DNA of 58,226 bases from an uncultured Lentisphaeria bacterium (GTDB taxonomy: Bacteria; Verrucomicrobiota; Lentisphaeria; Victivallales; UBA1829), in NCBI GenBank assembly GCA_937900075.1, contig CALCCZ010000102.1:1-58226 (forward strand), in the 5' to 3' direction. Each line of letters opens with the position of its first letter. The stretch's first letter is position 1. A program made the translations under genes and the position numbers. The notes under the pieces were generated by a model. The model saw only the letters and a program-made list of their open reading frames with translations, was not told where the DNA came from and ran no database searches. Positions 9,743 through 18,213 of this stretch are shown piece after piece.

Positions 9743-9797
9743 AGGACAGGAAAACGCCTGACTCAAGAAAGGGTTGTATGAGTCAGGCGTTTTTTTA
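9743..9797 (+). terminator. Intrinsic terminator, copy 1 of a duplicated ~54-nt element
   Basis: AACGCCTGACTCA / TGAGTCAGGCGTT 13-bp stem + T7. Nearly identical to 11472-11525. Confidence 0.8.
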
Positions 9798-9914
9798 CTC
9801 TAATGGTAAGGACAACAAATTCACCGACCAATTACAAAAGAACTGATTCCCGATGAAGAATCCGGCAAAGACATATTAGATACAGTAGTTCACTAACAAG
9901 TGAACATTGAATTA

Positions 9915-10763
9915 TCACTCTTGAGGAGGCTTAACACCATATTTACGGGCAATTTGTTTCACTTTATCCCAAGTTGCTTTGATATCATCTTGTTGTGCGC
10001 TGGCCTGAATTCCCCCGCCAACAATTCCGCCAATAAGGCCTAAAATGATAGCTCCTGCGAGATTGTCCCGATTTTCACCAGCACCGGCAGCTGCACCAAT
10101 TGCAATTCCAAGATCCATCCCTGATTTGTCAAGACTTTTTTCCCACGCGCGACGATGACTTCTATATGCTTCAGCAAAATCAGCCGGGCACATTGACAAA
10201 TCAATTTGATTCATAAGCCTGACAGCTTCCTCTACTGAACCAGCTTTTCCAGCCTTATAGTCAAGTTCCAGTACCTTTGTAATGACGGCCTTATATTGTG
10301 ACGCGTAGTTAAAATTAAACGGAGGAACAATTTTTGAGCAATTAATTATTGCCTCGGTTAATTGTTTGTCTGAGGCATCTTCTGGAATGTCTATCTCATA
10401 ATAAAAAATGACTGAATCATTTCCCAAACCAGCATCTTCTGCACACCAAAATCCTGTTGCAAGTGTTTTGCCTTTATTCGCTTTAATAACTTCTTGCACT
10501 TGGGCATCTGAGGGAATAATAGGCTCCAAAATGAACATAACAGCTCTTACAACTTTGTTATCTTGATTTCTTACTCCTTCTTTCATTACAGCTACCTTTG
10601 TCCCGCCCATTGTCACGATAATGAATGGTGAGGATTTTTCGGGCTTAACAAAAGGAATTTTTAGTTCACTTAATTTTGTTTCCATGTCATATCCGAACAA
10701 TGGTTCTGTCAAAAATGCCACAGCAAGAAAAGATGAAATGATTTTAGTGATAAGTCTCTTCAT
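9915..10763 (-). CDS. Hypothetical exported/membrane protein with a C-terminal glycine-zipper segment
   Basis: N-terminal hydrophobic signal/anchor (MKRLITKIISSFLAVAFL). C-terminal GIAIGAAAGAG...GAIILGLIGGIVGGGI. AT-rich codon usage. No family recognised. Confidence 0.6.
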   Translation of the reverse strand: MKRLITKIISSFLAVAFLTEPLFGYDMETKLSELKIPFVKPEKSSPFIIVTMGGTKVAVMKEGVRNQDNKVVRAVMFILEPIIPSDAQVQEVIKANKGKTLATGFWCAEDAGLGNDSVIFYYEIDIPEDASDKQLTEAIINCSKIVPPFNFNYASQYKAVITKVLELDYKAGKAGSVEEAVRLMNQIDLSMCPADFAEAYRSHRRAWEKSLDKSGMDLGIAIGAAAGAGENRDNLAGAIILGLIGGIVGGGIQASAQQDDIKATWDKVKQIARKYGVKPPQE

Positions 10764-11165
10764 TTTAACCTCAAAAATTTTTGTGTGTTTGTTTATTAAA
10801 TTCTACGATTACTTCTATTCATACTTACTACCAGCTTTTTTAGTAATCTTACAGATTTCATAACATTTTTTCTGCAAATTCTCTGAAATTCTTGTTATCA
10901 ACCCTGAAACATCAAATTTTAAAGCAGACATAGCTATACACAAAGCCTTTTTTCGTCCAGCTGTGTATGTTTTATAGTCCAGCTGCAAAAAAATGTCGAG
11001 GCGTATTTGTGAATGTGCAGAGCAAAATAAGAGACGTTCTGGAAAATTTTTTCAAAAAAATTAATTCGGTTATAAAATAATTTTGTTTTCTAAACGTTAT
11101 GGTTGCAGAACGAAGAAGAAAACCAAGTCCAAAAACAAAAACCACTAACGTAAGGAGATTGAACT

Positions 11166-11450
11166 ATGGCAAACAAGACGTTCAAATGGATCGGCGCGGC
11201 AGTCGCACTCGCTATTGTTGCGGTTATCGGGTTCAACACTGTGGAAGCAAAAGAAGCATGCGGACGCGGTGGGAAAAAAGTTGTAGTGGTCAAGAAACCT
11301 GCGGTGAAAAAGGTATGCCGTCAGAAACACTTTGTTGCGATGGTTCCGGTTTGCGTACCGGTGCGGGGACCAAAATGTCTGCCACCTCCCCCGCCGCCGA
11401 AGTGTCATGGTCATCATGGTCCGGGTCATAAAGGAGGCCGGTGCCGTTGA
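11166..11450 (+). CDS. Small (94 aa) secreted, basic, Cys/Pro/Lys-rich protein
   Basis: AAGGAGA RBS 7 nt upstream of the ATG. Signal-like WIGAAVALAIVAVIGFNTVEA. Mature part has several Cys, a PPPPPP run, HGHHGPGH and KK repeats. Terminator copy 2 lies directly downstream. Confidence 0.6.
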   Translation: MANKTFKWIGAAVALAIVAVIGFNTVEAKEACGRGGKKVVVVKKPAVKKVCRQKHFVAMVPVCVPVRGPKCLPPPPPPKCHGHHGPGHKGGRCR

Positions 11451-11471
11451 GAGGGACAGAACAGCATAAAA

Positions 11472-11525
11472 AGGACAGGGAAACGCCTGACTCAAAGCAA
11501 GGGTTGTATGAGTCAGGCGTTTTTT
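11472..11525 (+). terminator. Intrinsic terminator, copy 2 of the duplicated element
   Basis: AGGACAGGGAAACGCCTGACTCAAAGCAAGGGTTGTATGAGTCAGGCGTTTTT, differing from 9743-9797 at only a few positions. Confidence 0.8.
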
Positions 11526-11572
11526 ATCCATTGAAATGAAGCAACGGTATCTGAAAATATCCGGTGTGGAAA

Positions 11573-12922
11573 TCAGAGAATGGTCTGGAAGTCCCAGTTC
11601 ATGAGTTCGGCGAAGTTTTTCAGGATATCCATGTCACCATTGTAAACCACTACGGAGTGATGAGTCCCGCCCAAACGCGTATATTCTGCCAGGAAATCGC
11701 CGACGGATTTGGAAGCGGGGCGGAAGAAACCGGAGTTACGTGGCATATTGCGGATTTCGGCAGGAGTTTCCTCAAATTCGATGGGGGCAGCGATGAGGCG
11801 GAATTTACCTTCCGCCATCGGGACCAAGTCAACCCATACCGCTTTACCGGGCATGAAAGAACCGAATGCGACAGCGGGACGCCCGGTATCGCTGAATTTG
11901 TAGTTCATTTCCGTCAACATGGCTTTTCCCTGAACGATATCAGGATTGATTTCGCCCATGTGGCTGACGTAAATTCTACCGCCGATCCAATCGGGGCAGA
12001 ACATTTCAGAGAAACCGCACTTGTCAAAAGCCTTGAACAAAGCGGCATGAAGACCTGCGGTCAGCACATCGCCTTCTCCGGCATAACCGATTTTTCTTGC
12101 CATTCCGAGTGAGCCTTCGAGGAACGGAACGGTTTCCCAACCATCCTGGCGGCAGATACCGCAGAAACAGACCGTAATACCATCCAGTTTATTTTCATCG
12201 ACCCAGCGACGCACCTGCAAATCGACCCGCGCAGTTCTGCGCAAGACGTCTTCCGGCAAATTCTTTTCTACAAACATGGCACGGTTAGCCGCCATTTCCG
12301 CTTCAACTTCTTCTTCCGACGGTTCGGGCATTCCGTTCCAGCAAACCTCCTTGATACCGATTGTACCGGGTTCGAAAACAAAATCGCCCATACCAACGAA
12401 TTCCCCGCCGGCACGTCCGATACGGAGATGGGACATTTTGTAAGCCATGGCGGCACTTTTGACTAAACGGGAAACATTTTTCAGCAGGGTATCATCGAGA
12501 GCGCCGGCAGTGATGAGGAATTTTTTACCATTCCGGAGGAGCTGATTACCGAGATCCTGAACGCCATGGATACCATGATTCGGCATGACTTCGGTCAACG
12601 GGGAAGTGAAATGCGCGGTCGGCGTAGTATCCATGATAACAATGGGCAAATCTGTATGGGCCAATGCTTCTACAGCTTCCAGGGAGGGTGAATAAGCCAA
12701 ATGGACCGTAACAATCGCTTCACACTGCTCTTCTTCGAAGAACTGGACCGCTTTGGCGAATTCGAATTTCAAACGGCAGACGGGGGCGGCAGCGACCTCA
12801 AAACCGCAGCTTTCGAGTTTTTGTTTAAGCGCTGCCGCATATTCGCGAGCCTTTACCGCATCGTCGGGGCAGCATCTGTCGTAAAGTTCAATGTACAACG
12901 GGAGAAAACCGATTTTAATCAT
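11573..12922 (-). CDS. L-arabinose isomerase-family sugar isomerase
   Basis: GYAGEGDVLTAGL, VSHMGEINP and GGTHHSVVVY align by eye with AraA GFAGEGDWKTAAL / GSHMLEVCP / GGAHHTVFS. ATGA overlap with the upstream gene. Confidence 0.75.
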   Translation of the reverse strand: MIKIGFLPLYIELYDRCCPDDAVKAREYAAALKQKLESCGFEVAAAPVCRLKFEFAKAVQFFEEEQCEAIVTVHLAYSPSLEAVEALAHTDLPIVIMDTTPTAHFTSPLTEVMPNHGIHGVQDLGNQLLRNGKKFLITAGALDDTLLKNVSRLVKSAAMAYKMSHLRIGRAGGEFVGMGDFVFEPGTIGIKEVCWNGMPEPSEEEVEAEMAANRAMFVEKNLPEDVLRRTARVDLQVRRWVDENKLDGITVCFCGICRQDGWETVPFLEGSLGMARKIGYAGEGDVLTAGLHAALFKAFDKCGFSEMFCPDWIGGRIYVSHMGEINPDIVQGKAMLTEMNYKFSDTGRPAVAFGSFMPGKAVWVDLVPMAEGKFRLIAAPIEFEETPAEIRNMPRNSGFFRPASKSVGDFLAEYTRLGGTHHSVVVYNGDMDILKNFAELMNWDFQTIL

Positions 12923-13911
12923 TTTCCTACACTCCTGAATAATTGATCTGCATTATTGAAAAAGACATCTTCGACTTTGCCTGCGGGAATGGTATTAAGC
13001 ATTGCCCGCAGCTGTTCGTAGAAGAAGGTTGTAAATTTAACGGGGCTGCCGACGCCGTGAATCGTTGTGCCGATTTGATAGTCTTCGCCCATGACATACG
13101 CATACTGGTCATTGATTTCCACGGATTTTCCGCGCAGCAGCGCAATCGGGGCATCGGTTCCGAAAAGAATACGTTCTGCAGGGAACAGGTCAAATGTGCG
13201 TTTCAGAACGCCTTCGTGGTTGACCATTGCGGTATCGAAAAAGGCGTTCGGGAATTTGACAAATTCCGTCAGGTTGGATTCCAGCAGATTTTTCATAAAA
13301 TATGCCCGTCCGATATGGGCAAAGATAAAACGGATGTCGGGATATTTTTCACACAAATCAATCATCTGACGCTGATTTACGGGGTCGGCAAACCGTCCGG
13401 ACCGGGGAATATGCAGTGTTATCGCAAGTTTCCGGCGGTTCAGCATTTTCAACTGTTCTTCCGTAAGCATATCAGCGATTTCCACAGCATCTTTCGGCTT
13501 TCCGTAATATTCCGCCGCATAATTCAGATATGGTTTGACACCTACGGCACCGGATTTCACCAACCGTTCCTCCACTACTTCGGCAGGGTCGGCAGGCGAC
13601 AGCAGCACGTTCACATAATCGCCCGGCTGAGTATCACGCGGGGTACAGCTCCGGTCAGCTTCCTTACGGGGAGTTCCGAAACAGTTGAGATGACATTCCT
13701 GTTCCGGGAGCAGTTCTTTCATAAAGTTGCGCCATTGGGGTATTGTGAACTCACCGCCGAATCTACCGCAGCAATCACCCGGTTTGAACTGAAAATCGGC
13801 GGGAAAATCCGTTTTGCTCCAAATATGAACGTGTGCGTCCAGAATTTTTGCAGGCAGACGCGGGGCAAGTTCCTCCGCGTAAATCTTCCTGTCATTGTCA
13901 TTTACCAGCAT
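12919..13911 (-). CDS. Amidohydrolase-2 family protein (metal-dependent hydrolase/lactonase-like)
   Basis: ILDAHVHIW metal motif, FAHIGRAY, FGTDAP. AGGAGAAG RBS. Confidence 0.75.
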   Translation of the reverse strand: MLVNDNDRKIYAEELAPRLPAKILDAHVHIWSKTDFPADFQFKPGDCCGRFGGEFTIPQWRNFMKELLPEQECHLNCFGTPRKEADRSCTPRDTQPGDYVNVLLSPADPAEVVEERLVKSGAVGVKPYLNYAAEYYGKPKDAVEIADMLTEEQLKMLNRRKLAITLHIPRSGRFADPVNQRQMIDLCEKYPDIRFIFAHIGRAYFMKNLLESNLTEFVKFPNAFFDTAMVNHEGVLKRTFDLFPAERILFGTDAPIALLRGKSVEINDQYAYVMGEDYQIGTTIHGVGSPVKFTTFFYEQLRAMLNTIPAGKVEDVFFNNADQLFRSVGK

Positions 13912-13929
13912 TTTTTTCTTCTCCTGAAT

Positions 13930-15120
13930 TTATGATTGATGAACCGCCCGTTCCGCAATCATGGCGGCCCCCACGGAACCGGCATGGTCATGGTATGGCG
14001 AGGTTGTGATTTTTATATTGAGTTCTTCTTCCATATAGCGGATCCAGGTGGGGCTGTTGGACGGTCCCCCGGTCATGACTGCCCGTTCAATGTGATGATT
14101 TTTGGTTTTTGCCTTGAAACGGGTCACTACATCGAGCATAAAAGCGGCAGCGGGAGAATTTTTATCTTTAGATTCTTCCTCAAACCGGGCATAGCATCCG
14201 GAATCTTCACCGAAATGGTCATGAACAAATTTATCAATTTCTATGCCGATATATGCCAAAGACGAAATGGCACCCCAGCAACCGCCGGAAGCGGAAAGAA
14301 ACGGATCCGCCAATTCCGACAAGGGGACAGTATCGCGGTTGGGAACCGGCGCAAACACGACCCAGCTGGTTCCGCAACTCAAGAGGATATCCCCGTACTG
14401 CGTTACCCCTGATGCCAGCGCAGCCGCCGGATGATCGAAAGAACCGGCAGCGACAATCGTTTCCGGGGTAAGACAACCGGTAACGTAACGGGGCAGAAGC
14501 CGCCCGACAGGTGTGCCGGTATCTGCGAGGGACGGCAGACGATCTTCTGTAATGCCGTAGTGTTCCAGATATTTTTTTTCGTACCGGCGTTCTTTCTGAT
14601 TGATTAAATAAAACGGTGTTCCGCTGGAATAATCCAGGACGTGTTTCCCAGTCAGGCGCCAGGTAATCAAGTCATTGCTCATGGCTATCCGGGCGCTATC
14701 CAGCAATTCCGGGCAAGTCCGCCGGAAATACTCCAAATGCATAAGGGGGAATGTACCGCCGCAAGGCCAACCGGAAGTTTCACGGGTATTCCAGTCAGAT
14801 GGCGGACGCCAGTCCAATCGTTTGTCCAGCCAGCTGATAATCGGGGTCAGCGGTTTGCTGTCCTCCGGGCTGCACAGAACGGTATTGCCGGATGCTGCCG
14901 CCATTGCGATGGCTGCAATCGGCTCACCGGGAACGGCTGCGAGTTCCGCGAGGATGTCCGTAACCAGGGAAAGATATTCTTCCGCATCCATTTCCACCTG
15001 ATTTTCGGCGGGATACTGCATGGGTGCTTTGCGGGAGCTTTTGGCAACGATACCATCCTGACGGTTCCAGCGTACCGCCTTGATGCTGCTTGTCCCTAAA
15101 TCAAAACCGATAAAATCCAT
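13930..15120 (-). CDS. FGGY-family carbohydrate kinase (short form)
   Basis: MDFIGFDLGTSSIKAV N-terminal ATPase motif and C-terminal GGPSNSPTWIRYMEEELNIKI. Confidence 0.75.
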   Translation of the reverse strand: MDFIGFDLGTSSIKAVRWNRQDGIVAKSSRKAPMQYPAENQVEMDAEEYLSLVTDILAELAAVPGEPIAAIAMAAASGNTVLCSPEDSKPLTPIISWLDKRLDWRPPSDWNTRETSGWPCGGTFPLMHLEYFRRTCPELLDSARIAMSNDLITWRLTGKHVLDYSSGTPFYLINQKERRYEKKYLEHYGITEDRLPSLADTGTPVGRLLPRYVTGCLTPETIVAAGSFDHPAAALASGVTQYGDILLSCGTSWVVFAPVPNRDTVPLSELADPFLSASGGCWGAISSLAYIGIEIDKFVHDHFGEDSGCYARFEEESKDKNSPAAAFMLDVVTRFKAKTKNHHIERAVMTGGPSNSPTWIRYMEEELNIKITTSPYHDHAGSVGAAMIAERAVHQS

Positions 15121-15123
15121 AAT

Positions 15124-16677
15124 TCACTGCCTTTCCAATTTCGTAAGAACCGTATCCATGGCTTCCGCCGCAAACTGAAGTACTTTCACGGAAGAAATCA
15201 ACGGCATTTTCATCAATGCGGCAGGCGGACAGTTTGCTTTGTAGGTTTGTGCGCTGATGTCGATTCTGTAGTCATTTCCGACGATTTTGCAGAACTCAAC
15301 CGTCTTTTCCGGAGTATCGAAGAAGATCGCAGACAGCAGTCCGTCTCCTTCCACTTTGCGGATAAGCGAACTGTGCTTCGCTGCCAGTTCATGCAGCAGT
15401 TTCTGCCACAAAGAACCGATTTCCGCCGTATGTTCCCGGTTCGCTTCCGCGAAACGTATGGTAATCAGATTGGCAAGACTTGCCAGCTCCTCCTGACCAT
15501 TGGTCACAAGGGCGCCGAACTGATTCAAATTGTCCATTGCCGCTGTCGTAAGAATGCGGCTGGCAGGGTACATTCCGCCGGGGAATCCCTTGCCGACGGA
15601 AACGAAATCGGGATGCAGGCCATATTCCTTGAACAGGAAAATTTCCGGGGACCACATGCAGCTTTGGATTTCATCGACGAAACAGGGGATATCGTGTTCT
15701 GCACACAATTTATGGCAATTGCGGACATATTCGGGACAAAGCCGGATGCCGCCGTAATTCATCAGAACGAGTTCATGAATAAAACCCGCAACTTTAGTGG
15801 TTCCGGTATCGTATGTTTCCACGATCCGCTGGAATCCGTCAAAATCATTAATCGGAACTCCTGCAACCTTGATGATTCCGCAGTCTTCCATCTTTTGGTA
15901 CATTTCACCCCACATGCCGCGGAACAGCTGAGTCAGAACGGTTGTTCCGTGATAATTCGCTTCACGACCGCCGTTCCAATCGCCCATCACTAAAAATACG
16001 GGCGTTTTTCCGCTGTAAACCGGGGCCGGGAAAGAAGGCTGCAGCCGATAAAAACGGGCAAGCATCATTTTGACCGCTGCTTCACAGGCAAGACTGCCTG
16101 TTTCCAGATTGATGACCCGGTTCAGCACGTGCGGCTTTTCCGAGCGGAGTACCTGTTCCAGCGATTCCGCATCACCATACGCTATTCCGTTGGCTACCCG
16201 AACAAGTTCCTGTTCCAGAAGACGTGTAATGTGTCCCCGTGTATTGTTGTGCGTGGAATTTGTAATCCCGATTTGAGATGCATATTGCAGCAGTTTGTAA
16301 CCGGGGAAATTATGCCCCAGACTGTTCTGGTAGTGTTCACTCTTCCCGGTCAGCGCCAGATAACCGTCTTCCCCAACCCGGAAAAACCCAAAGGCCGCCA
16401 ACGGGGAAGATCCGCGATGCAAAGCCTCGCCGAATGCCGCCGTCGCCGCCCCGTCCGCACTGTCATTCAAAGACGCGGAAATCTGCGTTCCGGTCTTGTC
16501 TGCAAGTTCGTCCAGATGAGCAGCAAATTCGGGAGGATAAAAATCGACCTTTTTTTCCGCGATTCCGTTTAACTGTTCAAAACTTCCAATTCCAAGTGCC
16601 TCGCCCGACTGACAGACCCGTTCGGCATAATTCTGCCCCGTTATGTCCTTGAGGGACAAACAGATATTTTTCAACAT
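15124..16677 (-). CDS. Class-III (PLP-dependent) aminotransferase-family protein with a long N-terminal extension
   Basis: FVDEIQSCMW...PDFVSVGKGFPGG (DEIQ and PLP-Lys region). ATG at 16677 preceded by AAGGAAAG; the track start at 16701 is a TTG. Confidence 0.75.
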   Translation of the reverse strand: MLKNICLSLKDITGQNYAERVCQSGEALGIGSFEQLNGIAEKKVDFYPPEFAAHLDELADKTGTQISASLNDSADGAATAAFGEALHRGSSPLAAFGFFRVGEDGYLALTGKSEHYQNSLGHNFPGYKLLQYASQIGITNSTHNNTRGHITRLLEQELVRVANGIAYGDAESLEQVLRSEKPHVLNRVINLETGSLACEAAVKMMLARFYRLQPSFPAPVYSGKTPVFLVMGDWNGGREANYHGTTVLTQLFRGMWGEMYQKMEDCGIIKVAGVPINDFDGFQRIVETYDTGTTKVAGFIHELVLMNYGGIRLCPEYVRNCHKLCAEHDIPCFVDEIQSCMWSPEIFLFKEYGLHPDFVSVGKGFPGGMYPASRILTTAAMDNLNQFGALVTNGQEELASLANLITIRFAEANREHTAEIGSLWQKLLHELAAKHSSLIRKVEGDGLLSAIFFDTPEKTVEFCKIVGNDYRIDISAQTYKANCPPAALMKMPLISSVKVLQFAAEAMDTVLTKLERQ

Positions 16678-16925
16678 GGATTCTTTCCTTATTCTGTTCA
16701 AAATGGTTCTTGAATATTTTTCCCGGTTATTTGAAAATTACATCATCCACTGTGTTTTTTCCAGCGGAATGAAAAGAAAACTGTCCGTATTATAATAGCC
16801 CGCTTTTTTTATTTTTGCATACAAATTCGCTAAAAAAATTAATGAAAATAATTATATTAGCGCTACAAACTTATATTTTTGCAGTTACAGACGAGATTTT
16901 GCATCCAAGCAAATGCGTCCGAAGA

Positions 16926-17330
16926 TCAGTCCTCACCACAGCGGGGCGGACGACGATGTGCTTTGATATCGGAACGGCGCGCTTTTTGTGCCAGACGACG
17001 CAGAACGGAGGCGTGCGTCGCATGGGTCTTTTTTCTTCTGACGGGTCGAATAAACGCCTTTTGCAACAGGGCATCCAAACGCTCACGGGCAATCAGGCGG
17101 TTTTGCTGTAAACTGCGTCGTTCAGACACCTCAAACACAATTTTTCCGGCTTGGAGAGCGCTGCCCGCCAATTGCTGCAAACGCATTTTTACATCTTCGG
17201 GCAAGGAAGCGTCATTTGCGAAATCATACGTAAGACGTACGCCGTTGGATGTTTTATTGACATGCTGTCCGCCGGGTCCAGCCGATTGCCGGATAAACTC
17301 CTCAGAAAGATTATCATTTGCGGGGAGCAC
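16926..17330 (-). CDS. arfB: Alternative ribosome-rescue factor ArfB (peptidyl-tRNA hydrolase, GGQ)
   Basis: SAGPGGQHVNKTSNGVRL plus a basic C-terminal tail (RRKKTHATHASVLRRLAQKARRSDIKAHRR), as in YaeJ/ArfB. In-frame GTG at 17330 preceded by GGAGGCGGAGG gives 134 aa. The 247 aa track ORF is an N-terminal over-extension that overlaps the upstream gene. Confidence 0.8.
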   Translation of the reverse strand: MLPANDNLSEEFIRQSAGPGGQHVNKTSNGVRLTYDFANDASLPEDVKMRLQQLAGSALQAGKIVFEVSERRSLQQNRLIARERLDALLQKAFIRPVRRKKTHATHASVLRRLAQKARRSDIKAHRRPPRCGED

Positions 17331-18117
17331 GAGAACCTCCGCCTCCAGACGACTGTTTACGGGGCTTTTTCTCGCCTTGCTGAAGGGAAGGACGATTCCT
17401 GCGTTGTTCGCCGGACATCTGCGGATTTCCGCCCGCTGCTCCACTACGCTGGCTCGACGCTGCGGTAGGAATTGCTGAAAGGTTCGCACCTGTTCCCGGA
17501 AGGCCATTTTGCGGTATCTGGGGCGCGATAACGGTAAAAACAGGATAACGGATTTGATTTCGTTCCACAGTTTTTTCCGTAGGATAGATATTTCCGACCC
17601 AGATTGTATCTTTGGGACCGAGGAGGCCATGCAGGAAAATTTTTCCGTAGAACAGGGAATCGGCAGCATCCGAAAAGATGAAACCGGTCAATCCGTCATC
17701 GAAAGTATTGTCGGCAATGAAAAAAATGCGGTAGAAGGGCACTCCGGTATGAATACGCAGCAAAGCAGTACAATCTTTGGCTGTCTCGAAAGGTTTGATT
17801 TCAGTGGCAAATTTTTTCCGGATCAGGGTAGCTCTGTCAATAACGGCATTGTATGTACGTTCCACCGCCTTCATATCACAGAACGGGAACAACGTAAGGG
17901 AGGCAGGATTCATTTCTGCGAAGGGGATGAAATTCCGCAAAATGTTTCCTTCGGCATCTTTTTTTCCGGAATTGATGACAATGCCGAACTGGTCCTTCGA
18001 CAATACCTGGTCCATTTCAACGGTTTTTCCGTTTTTCAGACGAATGGTTTGGGAAAACACCTGAAAAGGCAACAGCAGCAAGGCTGTCAGTGCGAGAATA
18101 CGCAATACATTTTTCAT
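17314..18117 (-). CDS. Hypothetical secreted protein with a disordered basic Gly/Ser/Gln-rich C-terminus
   Basis: Signal peptide MKNVLRILALTALLLLPFQVFSQ. Its 3' end overlaps the arfB start by 17 nt. No family recognised. Confidence 0.6.
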   Translation of the reverse strand: MKNVLRILALTALLLLPFQVFSQTIRLKNGKTVEMDQVLSKDQFGIVINSGKKDAEGNILRNFIPFAEMNPASLTLFPFCDMKAVERTYNAVIDRATLIRKKFATEIKPFETAKDCTALLRIHTGVPFYRIFFIADNTFDDGLTGFIFSDAADSLFYGKIFLHGLLGPKDTIWVGNIYPTEKTVERNQIRYPVFTVIAPQIPQNGLPGTGANLSAIPTAASSQRSGAAGGNPQMSGEQRRNRPSLQQGEKKPRKQSSGGGGSRAPRK

Positions 18118-18213
18118 CTTTGGAAAACCTTCCGTTTTAAGGGACCGCAATTAAGAATATAGTCCGTTCTTCCAAAACGTCAAGAGATAATCTGCATTTT
18201 TGAAATATATTTT

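Noticed and set aside
16926-17669. 247 aa version of the arfB ORF
   Set aside because: The N-terminal 113 codons overlap the upstream secreted-protein gene out of frame and have no ArfB counterpart. An in-frame GTG with a strong RBS gives the canonical ~134 aa protein.
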